IMG/VR virus record: IMGVR_UViG_3300002153_000349
Span: 3,176-67,175 of that record
Length of the DNA stretch: 64,000 bases
From: a virus
Strand: one strand, 5' to 3'
Positions 8,218 to 23,526 of this stretch are shown here, one piece after another. The notes under the pieces are model-generated. The model was not told where the DNA came from and searched no databases. It saw only the letters and a list, made by a program, of their open reading frames with translations. Position 1 is the stretch's first letter. Every line of letters begins with the position of its first letter. The position numbers and the translations under genes were made by a program.

Positions 8218-9444
8218 ATGCCACAGGTCACATATGAAGATATTATAGGTTACATTGATAACACAATCGATGTTACACAGGGAGATTCACAAGTCTATAC
8301 TATAAAATTATATAGAGATAGAGTCGGTGGAAATCTTAATCCATCTCTTTATTCTAGTTTTACTATGAATTTATTAGATGAATCGTCTAACTTAATCGCA
8401 CAATATGCAATGCCTAGGGTATACGGTGTCTCAGGTGAATTAAATTTAATTAATACTGACCCAGAAACACAGGCTGTTTTTCAGTTTGAGTTAGCAAAAT
8501 TACAAACATTAAATCTTCCAGCTGGAAAAATATATGTAAATATCGTAGTGACTAATGATAGAATTAATCCTACTAAAATATATTCTTTACCTAATCTAGA
8601 AATTGGATCAATTTTATTTAATGAAAATAGACATGATCCTTCCCTATATAAGTCTACTCAAAGAAGTTCAGGAATAGGAGTGTCGGCATCGATGGACCCT
8701 TATTATAAAGTTCAACATATAGATGGCTCGGTTCCTATCGGACAAGGAAATTTATCTTTAGATTCAGGATCTCCTGGAGAAGTAACCAAAATGACATTTA
8801 TGAATAGTGATTTTGATGGAATTAGAGTAAGTGTTCTAGAAAACTTCTTAATTAATAGAATAGATAGAGATGGAATCGAAGGTACGATTACATTAATAAA
8901 CAGAGGCGACACCGCACAGTATTCTATATTTAATGTAGTAGACTGGTACAGAGTAAATTGCGGATCTGGAAACTGCGTCGATGATATAGATGATGCAATA
9001 CAATTAATCGTAGTTCATGAAATGTCAACTGAAGGACCTGGTGTACATAAAAATAATTGGCTAGTTACGGACGAAGTTTCATTTAAACTAGATGTATATG
9101 GTTCTGCACTATCCGCGTCTGATTTAGGTAAGAAATCTAGCACAACTTTAGATAAAGAATTAATTCCAAATAATACATCTGGAAATGTATCTAGAACTGG
9201 AATTATATTATCAGTTACGCCGCAAGATGGCCAATACATTGATGTAGAAATTAATGGTATCTCTATTTCATTAGGAGACGGAACTAAAAATCTAGATGGT
9301 TACTTTTCAACAGATGGAGGAACTACTGCTAGAACATTCCAAGATATCCGAGTAGGTGATGAATTAATCTTCAACGCGATAGTTGCAGGATATGAGCTCA
9401 GTGATGAAGATAGAGTCTCTTTATTCTACGAATCTTATTCTTAA
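8218..9444 (+). CDS. Putative virion structural protein
   Basis: Beta-rich composition; C-terminal domain (YFSTDGGTTA...GDEL.FN...AGYEL) is paralogous to that of 13586..14362. Confidence 0.6.
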   Translation: MPQVTYEDIIGYIDNTIDVTQGDSQVYTIKLYRDRVGGNLNPSLYSSFTMNLLDESSNLIAQYAMPRVYGVSGELNLINTDPETQAVFQFELAKLQTLNLPAGKIYVNIVVTNDRINPTKIYSLPNLEIGSILFNENRHDPSLYKSTQRSSGIGVSASMDPYYKVQHIDGSVPIGQGNLSLDSGSPGEVTKMTFMNSDFDGIRVSVLENFLINRIDRDGIEGTITLINRGDTAQYSIFNVVDWYRVNCGSGNCVDDIDDAIQLIVVHEMSTEGPGVHKNNWLVTDEVSFKLDVYGSALSASDLGKKSSTTLDKELIPNNTSGNVSRTGIILSVTPQDGQYIDVEINGISISLGDGTKNLDGYFSTDGGTTARTFQDIRVGDELIFNAIVAGYELSDEDRVSLFYESYS

Positions 9445-9469
9445 TAATATATTATCTTAGTATTATAAG

Positions 9470-9493
9470 AAAAACGTAAAAACGTAAAAACGT
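9470..9493. repeat. Tandem 8-mer (AAAAACGT) x3
   Basis: Seen directly in the intergenic region. Confidence 0.8.
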
Positions 9494-9614
9494 AAAATTT
9501 AATTAATTTTATTAAGATATTATATACTTTTTTACCCCCCACGAATAAACTTATAAATATATAATCCAATCCTACAATAATGTAGGGTGTGCAAAAAATA
9601 ATTATATAAATAAT

Positions 9615-11384
9615 ATGGCACAAATTCGTTCAAAACAAATTTCTGACTTTCTAAGTTCAATCACATGGGCAAATGTTATCGCGTCTGACAATGTAAAAAT
9701 TGCAAACGTATGGGACATCAAACAAGGATTTGACACAGTAGATGCATCAGTAAACTCTCTAGAAAACTATATCTCAACTGAGGTATCTTCTTTAGAAATA
9801 GTTGATGGTAAACTATCTGCAGAGATCGTAACAGAAAAAGAAAGAGTAGATGCAATCTTAGAAGCTTCAACAGCAGACAAAGATTCATTCGCTGAAATCG
9901 TTTCTTTAATCAACGCAGTTGATACTGAAAATGACAGTGCATTCGCTTCATTTGTACTAAGAACAGATAAATCAATCGATTCATTAGAATTAGTTGATGC
10001 TGATCTTCAAGGACAAATCACAAGCAATGACACTGACATTCTTGGTTTACAAGGTGATGTTACTTCATTAGACACTAGAGTTTTAGGTGTTGAAGGTGAC
10101 TTAGCTGCTGAAATCACAAGAGCTGGTAACAGAGAAGATGCTATTGAAGCTGCATTAAATGCAGAGATAGCTACGACTGGCGCTGAGCAATTAGCACAAG
10201 ACGCTTCTATCAATTCTTTAGAAGCTGCTGATGTTGCTTTCGGTGAAGATGTTACTTCATTAGACACTAGAGTAACTGGTGTTGAAGGTGACTTAGCTGC
10301 TGAAATCGACAGAGCAACAGGAGTAGAAAACAAGATATCAGAAGCATTAGCTGCTGAGATCGCTGAAACTGCTGCTGAGCAAGCTGTACAAGATGCTTCT
10401 ATTAATTCATTAGAATCAGCTGATACTGCATTTGAAGCTGCTTTAGGTGAAGAAGAAAAAGCAAGAGTTGCTGCTGATGTAGCATTAGGTTCTAGAATCG
10501 ACGCTAACGATTTAGATAACGCTAACTTAACATTATCTGTAAACTCTTTAGAGGTTGTTGATGGTGAATTAGCATCTGACATCGCTACAGAAAAGAGTAG
10601 AATCGATGCAATCTTAGCTGCTTCAACTGCAGACAAAGATTCATTCGCTGAAATCGTTTCTTTAATCAACTCTGTTGATACTGAAAATGATGATGCTTTT
10701 GGTGCATTCGTACTAAGAACTGATGCTTCAGTTGATTCTTTAGAAGTTGCTTTAGCTGCTGAAATCTCTTCAACTGACGCTGAGCAAATAGCACAAGACA
10801 GATCTATCGATTCTTTAGAAGCTGTTGATAACAATCTAGCGATTGCTATCGAGCAAGAAAAAGAAGATAGAGCTAATGAAGACGCTAAGTTAAAATCACA
10901 GATCGACGCAAATGACGCTGACAACTTAAGATTAACTGCTTCAGTTAATTCTTTAGAGGTTGTTGACGGTGAATTAGCTGGTGACATCACTTCAATCGAC
11001 ACTAGAGTATTAGGTGTTGAAGGTGACTTAGCTGCTGAAATCACAAGAGCTGGTTCTGTTGAAGCTGCTTTATCTGCTGAATTAGCTGCTGAGATATCTA
11101 CAACTAACGGTGAGGTAAATGTTATAAACGCATCTATCGATTCATTAGAAGTAGCTGTTGAACAAGGAGCAACGTATTTAAGACAAACTGCAGTATTCTC
11201 TGCAAGTAACTTATTTACTATACCTATGCCAGTATTATTTGGTGCTAACGATGATTTATCCGTTTATGTAAATGGTGTATTCGTTGACTTCAGATGTACA
11301 GGTCAAGAGGTAGACTTCACTGGTTTATTAGCTTACAATGTTGACGCTAATGACAAAGTTCAAGTTATGGGTATCAAAGCATAA
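9615..11384 (+). CDS. Acidic repeat-rich coiled-coil fibre/structural protein
   Basis: Repeated SI(D/N)SLE, D(V/I)TS(L/I)DTRVxGVEGDLAAEI x3, DAILxASTADKDSFAEIVSLIN x2; small C-terminal beta domain (VYVNGV); strongly biased codon usage. Confidence 0.7.
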   Translation: MAQIRSKQISDFLSSITWANVIASDNVKIANVWDIKQGFDTVDASVNSLENYISTEVSSLEIVDGKLSAEIVTEKERVDAILEASTADKDSFAEIVSLINAVDTENDSAFASFVLRTDKSIDSLELVDADLQGQITSNDTDILGLQGDVTSLDTRVLGVEGDLAAEITRAGNREDAIEAALNAEIATTGAEQLAQDASINSLEAADVAFGEDVTSLDTRVTGVEGDLAAEIDRATGVENKISEALAAEIAETAAEQAVQDASINSLESADTAFEAALGEEEKARVAADVALGSRIDANDLDNANLTLSVNSLEVVDGELASDIATEKSRIDAILAASTADKDSFAEIVSLINSVDTENDDAFGAFVLRTDASVDSLEVALAAEISSTDAEQIAQDRSIDSLEAVDNNLAIAIEQEKEDRANEDAKLKSQIDANDADNLRLTASVNSLEVVDGELAGDITSIDTRVLGVEGDLAAEITRAGSVEAALSAELAAEISTTNGEVNVINASIDSLEVAVEQGATYLRQTAVFSASNLFTIPMPVLFGANDDLSVYVNGVFVDFRCTGQEVDFTGLLAYNVDANDKVQVMGIKA

Positions 11385-11407
11385 TTAAAACTTCGGTTTT
11401 TTAATTA
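11382..11407 (+). terminator. C(UUCG)G hairpin directly after the stop codon
   Basis: taattaaaac-ttcg-gttttttaatta. Confidence 0.5.
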
Positions 11408-11429
11408 TTAGCTTAATGCTTTACAAATT

Positions 11430-11457
11430 AAAGGCTCCTCGCAAGAGGAGCCTTTTC
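11430..11457 (+). terminator. Intrinsic terminator
   Basis: aaaggctcctc-gcaa-gaggagccttt followed by T. Confidence 0.85.
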
Positions 11458-11495
11458 TATTTAAAATATATAGTAAAACAAGATATAACATAAAT

Positions 11496-12683
11496 ATGAA
11501 CATTGGAATTACATTAGGATTACAGCAGGATAATGAATCTCTTTGGATAAATGGAATTAAATTAAATGTATTAAATTTAATTGAAACACTTTCTGCTATT
11601 GGAGAACATGAAGTATACGCACTAGACACGAGTAATAAAGTTAAAGATATTTCAAAGGTAGAATGGGACACTTCTAAATATCCTATTTATAAATATGCTG
11701 ATAAAATTAAATCAACAGACATATTAATATTATTAGGAACTTCATTTAGTACGGAACAAACCATTGCTCTTAGGAATAAAAACCCTAAGATTAAAATTAT
11801 TAAATACTTTTGCGGTAATAATTACATCATAGATATGGAAAGAGTCTTATTTGATTCTAAAGAATCTGTTAGCAATTGGACACATGGCCATGACGAAGCA
11901 TGGTTTATTCCCCAACAAGAATATCAGAATAGATCTTATTATCAAACAATGGGAAGACTTTCTGCAGATAAAGTCAAAGTAGTTCCATTTGTATGGAGTC
12001 CTAAGTTTATAAAAGAAGAGAATTCTAAAAATGTTAAAAACGGTTTAAAGGACGCTTTTTATCAGGGAGGTAAAAATGCAGAAGATATGAATTTATCTTC
12101 AATGGAACCTAACATGAATGTAGTTAAATATTGTATGCCTCTCATTATGATGGTAGAGGAATTATATAGAAAGAAAGGTAAAAAATCATTTAACGAATTT
12201 TGGATAGGAAGCGGCAAGAGACTGCTATCAAGTAAATACTTTATTAGCTCTATTAAAAACCTAGACGTAACTCATTCTGGAAAATTAAAACTATGTTCAA
12301 GATATCCAGTAACTAGCTTTCTTTCTGAAAAAACCGATATAGTATTGTCTCATCAATGGGACAATCCTCTTAACTATGCATACTTGGATGCCCTTTATTT
12401 CGGATATCCTTTAGTCCATAATGCAACAATGATTAAAGATGCTGGATATTATTATAAGGGATTTGACACAGTGTCAGCCTCAGAGATGCTAGCGAATGTA
12501 TTAAATCACCATGACGAATTAAAGGAAGATTACAATACTAAAAGTGCAAAGGTGCTTTCGAGATATCTAACAACAAATCCAAATATCGTAGATACATATA
12601 AGAAACTAATAGAGAATATTTTTGAACCGGGAAAACACGCTCTATCCGATGAATATGACTGGTCAACAAACCTATATAAATAA
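11496..12683 (+). CDS. DUF2827-like protein (putative GT-B glycosyltransferase)
   Basis: SLWINGI, VPFVWSP, EPN.NVVK, SHQWDNPLNYAYLDALYFGYPLVHN. Confidence 0.7.
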   Translation: MNIGITLGLQQDNESLWINGIKLNVLNLIETLSAIGEHEVYALDTSNKVKDISKVEWDTSKYPIYKYADKIKSTDILILLGTSFSTEQTIALRNKNPKIKIIKYFCGNNYIIDMERVLFDSKESVSNWTHGHDEAWFIPQQEYQNRSYYQTMGRLSADKVKVVPFVWSPKFIKEENSKNVKNGLKDAFYQGGKNAEDMNLSSMEPNMNVVKYCMPLIMMVEELYRKKGKKSFNEFWIGSGKRLLSSKYFISSIKNLDVTHSGKLKLCSRYPVTSFLSEKTDIVLSHQWDNPLNYAYLDALYFGYPLVHNATMIKDAGYYYKGFDTVSASEMLANVLNHHDELKEDYNTKSAKVLSRYLTTNPNIVDTYKKLIENIFEPGKHALSDEYDWSTNLYK

Positions 12684-12694
12684 AACAAATAACA

Positions 12695-13465
12695 ATGGAA
12701 TTAAAAGAAATAATCGAAGCGGCCGCAAAGCCAAAAATTAGTATCATAATGCAATCCTATCTTGGTAATTATCCAGGATCTAGGAAAGATTCACATTCTA
12801 AATTTTTAAGAGCAGTTCAAAGTTTTCAAAATCAATTATATAAAAACTGTGAATTAATAATAGTAGCAGACGATTGCATGGAAACAAAGGCATTATATGA
12901 TGTTCACTTTAAGGGTGAAAATAATATGAGATTAATATATGTTTCTAGAAAGAAAAACGAGATGAGTACATATATGGAAAATGAAGAAGGCCATAAATAC
13001 TATAGAGGGTTTCCTCGTAGAGTAGGTGTAGGAGCTGCAGTCGGCGACTTGATTACATATATGGATTCAGATGATATGTTACTAGAGGAACACACATTAC
13101 ACTTGATGATAGAATTTAATAAGAATCCTCAAGCTAATTGGTGGATTAACAGATCATGGTATGATAATGAAGTTATGAAATTCAAAGATGATAAGACATT
13201 TGAAGATTCTCCAGAATATGGAGAAGAACTCCCAGATGTTGAAGGTAAATGGAACATATCTAGAATAAAGGAAGGATTAGTAGTAATGAGTCCCTGGTTA
13301 TTTATGCATAGGCCTTCTCCATCAGTTAAATGGAGAGATACATGGGGTAATGTAAGCGAAGATTCAGATTTCAATACAAGATTTAGAGAAAAACACAAAG
13401 GAGGAGCTGTGATGAACAGGCCAACATACGTAAGGTGTCACTTCGCGAATAAATGGGATATCTAG
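12695..13465 (+). CDS. GT2/GT-A glycosyltransferase
   Basis: KISIIM, ELIIVADD, ITYMDSDD, SED motifs. Confidence 0.85.
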   Translation: MELKEIIEAAAKPKISIIMQSYLGNYPGSRKDSHSKFLRAVQSFQNQLYKNCELIIVADDCMETKALYDVHFKGENNMRLIYVSRKKNEMSTYMENEEGHKYYRGFPRRVGVGAAVGDLITYMDSDDMLLEEHTLHLMIEFNKNPQANWWINRSWYDNEVMKFKDDKTFEDSPEYGEELPDVEGKWNISRIKEGLVVMSPWLFMHRPSPSVKWRDTWGNVSEDSDFNTRFREKHKGGAVMNRPTYVRCHFANKWDI

Positions 13466-13585
13466 TCCCTAAAAATAATATCTTATACTGCTATTTTTGT
13501 CACTATCTTGCGACAAATTCTAATATATAAGATTGAGTGGATTAAATTCCACATTTAAAATAAATTAAAAAAAATGTAACTATTC

Positions 13586-14362
13586 ATGTCATTAATTAAA
13601 ATCAAGCAAATTGACGGCTTACAAGCTGCTCTTGATCTTATTAACACCAGCATTGAATCAGGTTCGTTAAAATCATCATACACACAGGAAGACCACGGTT
13701 TTTCTGCTGGAGTTGTTATAGCGTACGTCGGTTCTAGGTGGGTGTTAGCTGATTCAAGCACTGCTAACAAGCTAGGAAGATTAATCATCGAATCTATTGT
13801 AGATGCAAATAACTTTATTGCTGTACAAGTTGGAACTATTACTGTTTCTACTTGGCCAAAGTTAGATGTATTAGTTCCAGGAGATTTCTACGTAGTAGAT
13901 AACTCAGGTAACGGTACTTTAGAAGATTACGTTAATACTGGTGATCCAGGTTTTGCATACAGCAATCCTGTTTTACAAGCATTAACAACAACGATGGGTC
14001 ACGTTCTTCCATGGAGACCATCGCAGTCACCAACAGACCTAATTCAACCAGAAGAATTTACACAGACTTCATTCTCTGCTGTAACTTCAGGTAATTACTC
14101 ATCAACAGGACTTACACTAACGTATACTCCTTTCCAAGATTCAACAGTTCAAGTATTCTTAAACGGTATAGCACTTGACGAATCTTATAATGATAGAAAC
14201 GGAGACGTATATTTCTCAAGAGACGGTGGTGCAACTGCTGTTCCTGCATCTGACTTAGATGCCGGAGATACACTTTACTGGAACGGAACTCTTGCAGGTT
14301 ATGAACTTGCTGCGAGTGATCAGTTTGAAGTAGTATACGACAAAAGTAATCTAGACGACTAA
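13586..14362 (+). CDS. Putative virion structural protein (fibre-associated)
   Basis: N-terminal IKIKQI resembles IRSKQI of 9615; C-terminal domain is paralogous to 8218; AATATATA at 13522-13529 upstream. Confidence 0.6.
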   Translation: MSLIKIKQIDGLQAALDLINTSIESGSLKSSYTQEDHGFSAGVVIAYVGSRWVLADSSTANKLGRLIIESIVDANNFIAVQVGTITVSTWPKLDVLVPGDFYVVDNSGNGTLEDYVNTGDPGFAYSNPVLQALTTTMGHVLPWRPSQSPTDLIQPEEFTQTSFSAVTSGNYSSTGLTLTYTPFQDSTVQVFLNGIALDESYNDRNGDVYFSRDGGATAVPASDLDAGDTLYWNGTLAGYELAASDQFEVVYDKSNLDD

Positions 14363-14382
14363 AAAAAATAAATTATTAAAAC

Positions 14383-19926
<5,544 letters not shown>

Positions 19927-19951
19927 TTTAAACCAATCAAGATAATTTTAG

Positions 19952-19981
19952 AAAGGGTCCTCGAAAGAGGACCCTTTTTTT
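19952..19981 (+). terminator. Intrinsic terminator
   Basis: aaagggtcctc-gaaa-gaggacccttt followed by a T-run. Confidence 0.88.
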
Positions 19982-20027
19982 ATGTGATATATAGATTGTA
20001 ATAACTTATTATCTTATTACAAATAGT

Positions 20028-20054
20028 AAACAATTTAAAATATTTAAGTATAAC
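20028..20054 (+). promoter_or_regulatory. Class A promoter (with a class C GATATATA at 19986-19993)
   Basis: AAAC-N17-TATAAC. Confidence 0.65.
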
Positions 20055-20079
20055 TAATATTATAGAACACAATATCTAA

Positions 20080-21012
20080 ATGGAGAAAATAATCAATCAT
20101 GATACATTTAATAAGAATGTAAAATTATACGTAGAAAGCGTAACTAAAGGCACAGAAAAATATACTCTTACTGGATGGGTTGGATTAATCGGAGGCGAAG
20201 CTCTTGGGTTTTCAATGTCAAACAAACCTCTTTCCAATGAATTTACAGGTATAAGAATAGACGTAATGGAAGCATACGATAATATATTCACTAATAAGAA
20301 TATGCATTTTACCCTTGAAATTCCATTAGACAAAAAATTAAACACACTGGTTATTCACACTAGTATTGGAGAAACAGCAATCGGTCCTATAGGACACTGG
20401 TTATCTTATCATTCAGGCTTTGCAAATACTTCAAAGGATATTATAGTAGTAGATAACTTTTATAATGACCCTGATCTTGTAAGAGAATGGGCTATGAACA
20501 GTGTAGACTTTTCACCTTCAGAATACCATAAAGGTCAAAGAGCAAATGAAAGATTTATCTTAGATGGAACTAAAGAAAAACTAGAAGAAATTATAGGAAA
20601 ACCAATATTTAATTGGAATCACGACAGGTACGCTAATGGAATATTTCAGTTCTGTACGGCAGATCAGCAAATTGTTTATCATGTAGATAATCAGACTTAC
20701 GCAGCAATGGTATATTTAACACCAGACGCACCTCCAACCTCAGGAACTGCGTTTTATAGAAGTAAAGTAACGGGTGATTATACATTCGATGACGATAAAA
20801 GAAAAACCCAAGCATACGTTGATGCATTCAAGGGTAACAGTAACGAAATGAATTTTTACGATGGATCTAATTTTGAAAAAATAGATGAAGTAGGGAACGT
20901 GTATAATAGATTAGTATTGTTTAATGCTAAAAATATTCATGCTGCAACTCAGTATTTTGGAGATGCAATTGACAACGCTAGATTTTTCCACATGTTCTTT
21001 TTTGACGTATAA
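20080..21012 (+). CDS. 2OG-Fe(II) oxygenase (DUF6445-like) with an extra N-terminal domain
   Basis: IIVVDNFYNDPD, HVD, YLTPDAP..SGT, YNRLVLF, distal His (IHAA) and Arg (ARFF). Confidence 0.75.
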   Translation: MEKIINHDTFNKNVKLYVESVTKGTEKYTLTGWVGLIGGEALGFSMSNKPLSNEFTGIRIDVMEAYDNIFTNKNMHFTLEIPLDKKLNTLVIHTSIGETAIGPIGHWLSYHSGFANTSKDIIVVDNFYNDPDLVREWAMNSVDFSPSEYHKGQRANERFILDGTKEKLEEIIGKPIFNWNHDRYANGIFQFCTADQQIVYHVDNQTYAAMVYLTPDAPPTSGTAFYRSKVTGDYTFDDDKRKTQAYVDAFKGNSNEMNFYDGSNFEKIDEVGNVYNRLVLFNAKNIHAATQYFGDAIDNARFFHMFFFDV

Positions 21013-21027
21013 AAAACAAATATAAAT

Positions 21028-22902
21028 ATGAAGATTAATATTATTACAAGGTGTACTAGAACAAGTAACCTTTTAACAATTAAAGAAGGAGTATTAAATG
21101 CACCTAAGGGAGTAACGGTAAATTGGCACATTGTATTTGACACAGGAGCGTTAAAGGATATTGACGCAGAGGTTCTTTCGAACTTAACAGATACTGTCAA
21201 TGTCAAATTACATTTTGTAAAAGGTCAAAAAGGAGGATTATTATATCCAGAAGTTTCAGATATTATTAGAACCATTAAATCAGGTTGGATCTATTTATTA
21301 GATGACGATAATATTATTCACGATGACTTTTATAAAACTATTAAAGCGAGTATAAAGAATCTTCCAGTTGCGCAAGTTCATATAGTTTCTCAATTAGTTG
21401 CTGGTAAAGATTTTACAGGCCAAGAAATTAGAGTTGCTAGTCGTGAAAATACAGCCTTTCAGAAAATAGACATTGCACAAATGGTTATTAATAGGAGTAT
21501 ATTCGATACACATTCTTTTAGTGCAAATTATGCAGCCGACGGTTTCTTTATAGAAGAAGTATTAAAAACACATGGAGATTTATTTGTATGGATTGATAAG
21601 GTTTTATGCCACTATAATTATTTAGAAAAAGTACCATCCGCTAAAATACCTAAAATACTTTATATAGGAAAAACTAAACCAGAATTAAAGTCTATAAAAT
21701 ATTTATCATACGAAGCAGATGAACTAGACGTCAAGTATATGGAAGACGATAGTGAAGTAATTGACACAGTCACTTTATTTAATCCTGACGCAATTATTAC
21801 AAACGGAGAATCATGGAAAGAGTTTCCTAACCTAGCTTCTCTTCCTCTTCAATTTAGAAAAAGGTGGTTTAATTCAGAATCTATTGATAACATTGGAAAT
21901 ACCGCGTATTCCGTTGCAATGAATTCTATTTTATCTCCATCTAACCTGGAAGATGACCAGATGATTTCATTCTTCACTCCTATATATAATACTGGTGAAA
22001 AACTATGGAACACGTACAGATCTGTAAGAGACCAGACGTATAATAACTGGGAATGGGTTTTAGTAAATGATTCTACAGACGGAGGTAAAACTTTAAAGAT
22101 AGCAGAGGAGATTGCCTTAGTAGATCCACGAGTAAAGGTATATGATTTCAGAGAAAAATCAGGAGGATGTATTGGAGAATCTAAATACAGATGCTGTTCT
22201 CTTGCTAAGGGATATATTCTAGCAGAATTAGATCATGATGATTTATTAGTTAAAACGTGTGCTGAAGATTTACATAATGCAGCACAGGCACATCCGGATT
22301 GTGGTATGTTTTATGGAGATACGGCAGAAGTTAACGAAGAATGGGAAAATCAAAAATATGGAGAAGGTTTCGCACTAGGATATGGTTCTTACAGAGATGA
22401 GGAATATGAAGGTAGATTATTAAGTCCTGCGAATCAACAGAATATTAATCCTAAAACAATCAGACATATTGTAGGAGTTCCAAATCACGTTAGAGCATGG
22501 AGAAGATCTACTTATTTTGAAATAGGAGGACATAATAGAAGTTTAACAATTGCAGATGATTTTGAATTAGTTATCAGAAGCTTCCTATATTCTAAGATAT
22601 GTAAAATACCTAAACTAAGTTATATACAGTTTCTCTATAATAACTCGGGCGGAAGAAACACTCATGATTTATCAAGAGCAGATATTCAAAGAAGAGTTAG
22701 AACTATAGCACAGTATTATAATGAACAAATCAACGCTAGATTTATTGAGCTAGGAATAGAAGATTGGGCATATAATGAAAGGCCTGACTATCCTATCTCA
22801 GCAGAATCAAGATATGGAGAAGAAGAGGGAGTTGCTAACGAAACATACACTGAAAAATCAGGAGTTGAAAAAAAAGTAACTAAATTACAAAAAGTAAAAT
22901 AA
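21028..22902 (+). CDS. Glycosyltransferase with two GT-A/GT2 domains
   Basis: N-domain YLLDDDN; C-domain FTPIYNT, WEWVLVNDSTD, ELDHDD, ADD. Confidence 0.85.
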   Translation: MKINIITRCTRTSNLLTIKEGVLNAPKGVTVNWHIVFDTGALKDIDAEVLSNLTDTVNVKLHFVKGQKGGLLYPEVSDIIRTIKSGWIYLLDDDNIIHDDFYKTIKASIKNLPVAQVHIVSQLVAGKDFTGQEIRVASRENTAFQKIDIAQMVINRSIFDTHSFSANYAADGFFIEEVLKTHGDLFVWIDKVLCHYNYLEKVPSAKIPKILYIGKTKPELKSIKYLSYEADELDVKYMEDDSEVIDTVTLFNPDAIITNGESWKEFPNLASLPLQFRKRWFNSESIDNIGNTAYSVAMNSILSPSNLEDDQMISFFTPIYNTGEKLWNTYRSVRDQTYNNWEWVLVNDSTDGGKTLKIAEEIALVDPRVKVYDFREKSGGCIGESKYRCCSLAKGYILAELDHDDLLVKTCAEDLHNAAQAHPDCGMFYGDTAEVNEEWENQKYGEGFALGYGSYRDEEYEGRLLSPANQQNINPKTIRHIVGVPNHVRAWRRSTYFEIGGHNRSLTIADDFELVIRSFLYSKICKIPKLSYIQFLYNNSGGRNTHDLSRADIQRRVRTIAQYYNEQINARFIELGIEDWAYNERPDYPISAESRYGEEEGVANETYTEKSGVEKKVTKLQKVK

Positions 22903-23519
22903 TGGGAAAATACGTAGAAATATTAGATGCAAGCAATTGGGAAACATGGTGCGACAAATACATTGATCCACTTTTAAGAAAAGGAGAATACGAATTAATA
23001 GTAGATGAGGTAGCTCCAAGTGTATTATTATTTCCTTTATTTAAAGAACAGTTTTGTAAAGATTTAATAGAACTATGTGAAACCGAGGGAGAGTGGACTG
23101 TAGATAGACACGAATTTTATCCAACAACTGATATGTTAATTAGTCAAGTATGGATGAATGAAATTTATGCTAGAGTACTTAACGAATTTGTAAGACCTTT
23201 AGGTATATGGTTCTGGACATTAGAAGGAAAGCAATGGAATTCAATGTCAGATGAAACATTCATAGTAAAGTATACTACTGAAACACAGGCACATCTTTCT
23301 CTACACCATGACAATAGCCATTTAACTACTGTTGTAAAAATGAATGACGACTTCGAAGGAGGAGGAACGTACTTTCCACTTTATAAAGCAAATGTAAATC
23401 CTAAAAGAATAGGAATGGCAGCTTTACACCCAGGTGCGATAACACATAGACATGGCGCAAAGCCTATTCATTCAGGAACAAGATACATTACTGTAAGTTT
23501 CTGCAAGATGAGTGGATAA
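22902..23519 (+). CDS. 2OG-Fe(II) dioxygenase resembling the PLOD procollagen lysyl hydroxylase catalytic domain
   Basis: W..KYI, FPLF.E.FC..L, PT.D, FIVKY...Q..L..HHD.S, FEGGG..F, HPG..TH.H, GTRYI.VSF. Confidence 0.82.
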   Translation: MGKYVEILDASNWETWCDKYIDPLLRKGEYELIVDEVAPSVLLFPLFKEQFCKDLIELCETEGEWTVDRHEFYPTTDMLISQVWMNEIYARVLNEFVRPLGIWFWTLEGKQWNSMSDETFIVKYTTETQAHLSLHHDNSHLTTVVKMNDDFEGGGTYFPLYKANVNPKRIGMAALHPGAITHRHGAKPIHSGTRYITVSFCKMSG

Positions 23520-23526
23520 ATAGAAT

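Noticed and set aside
10007-11044. 345-aa minus-strand ORF
   Set aside because: Antisense shadow of the codon-biased repeat gene 9615..11384
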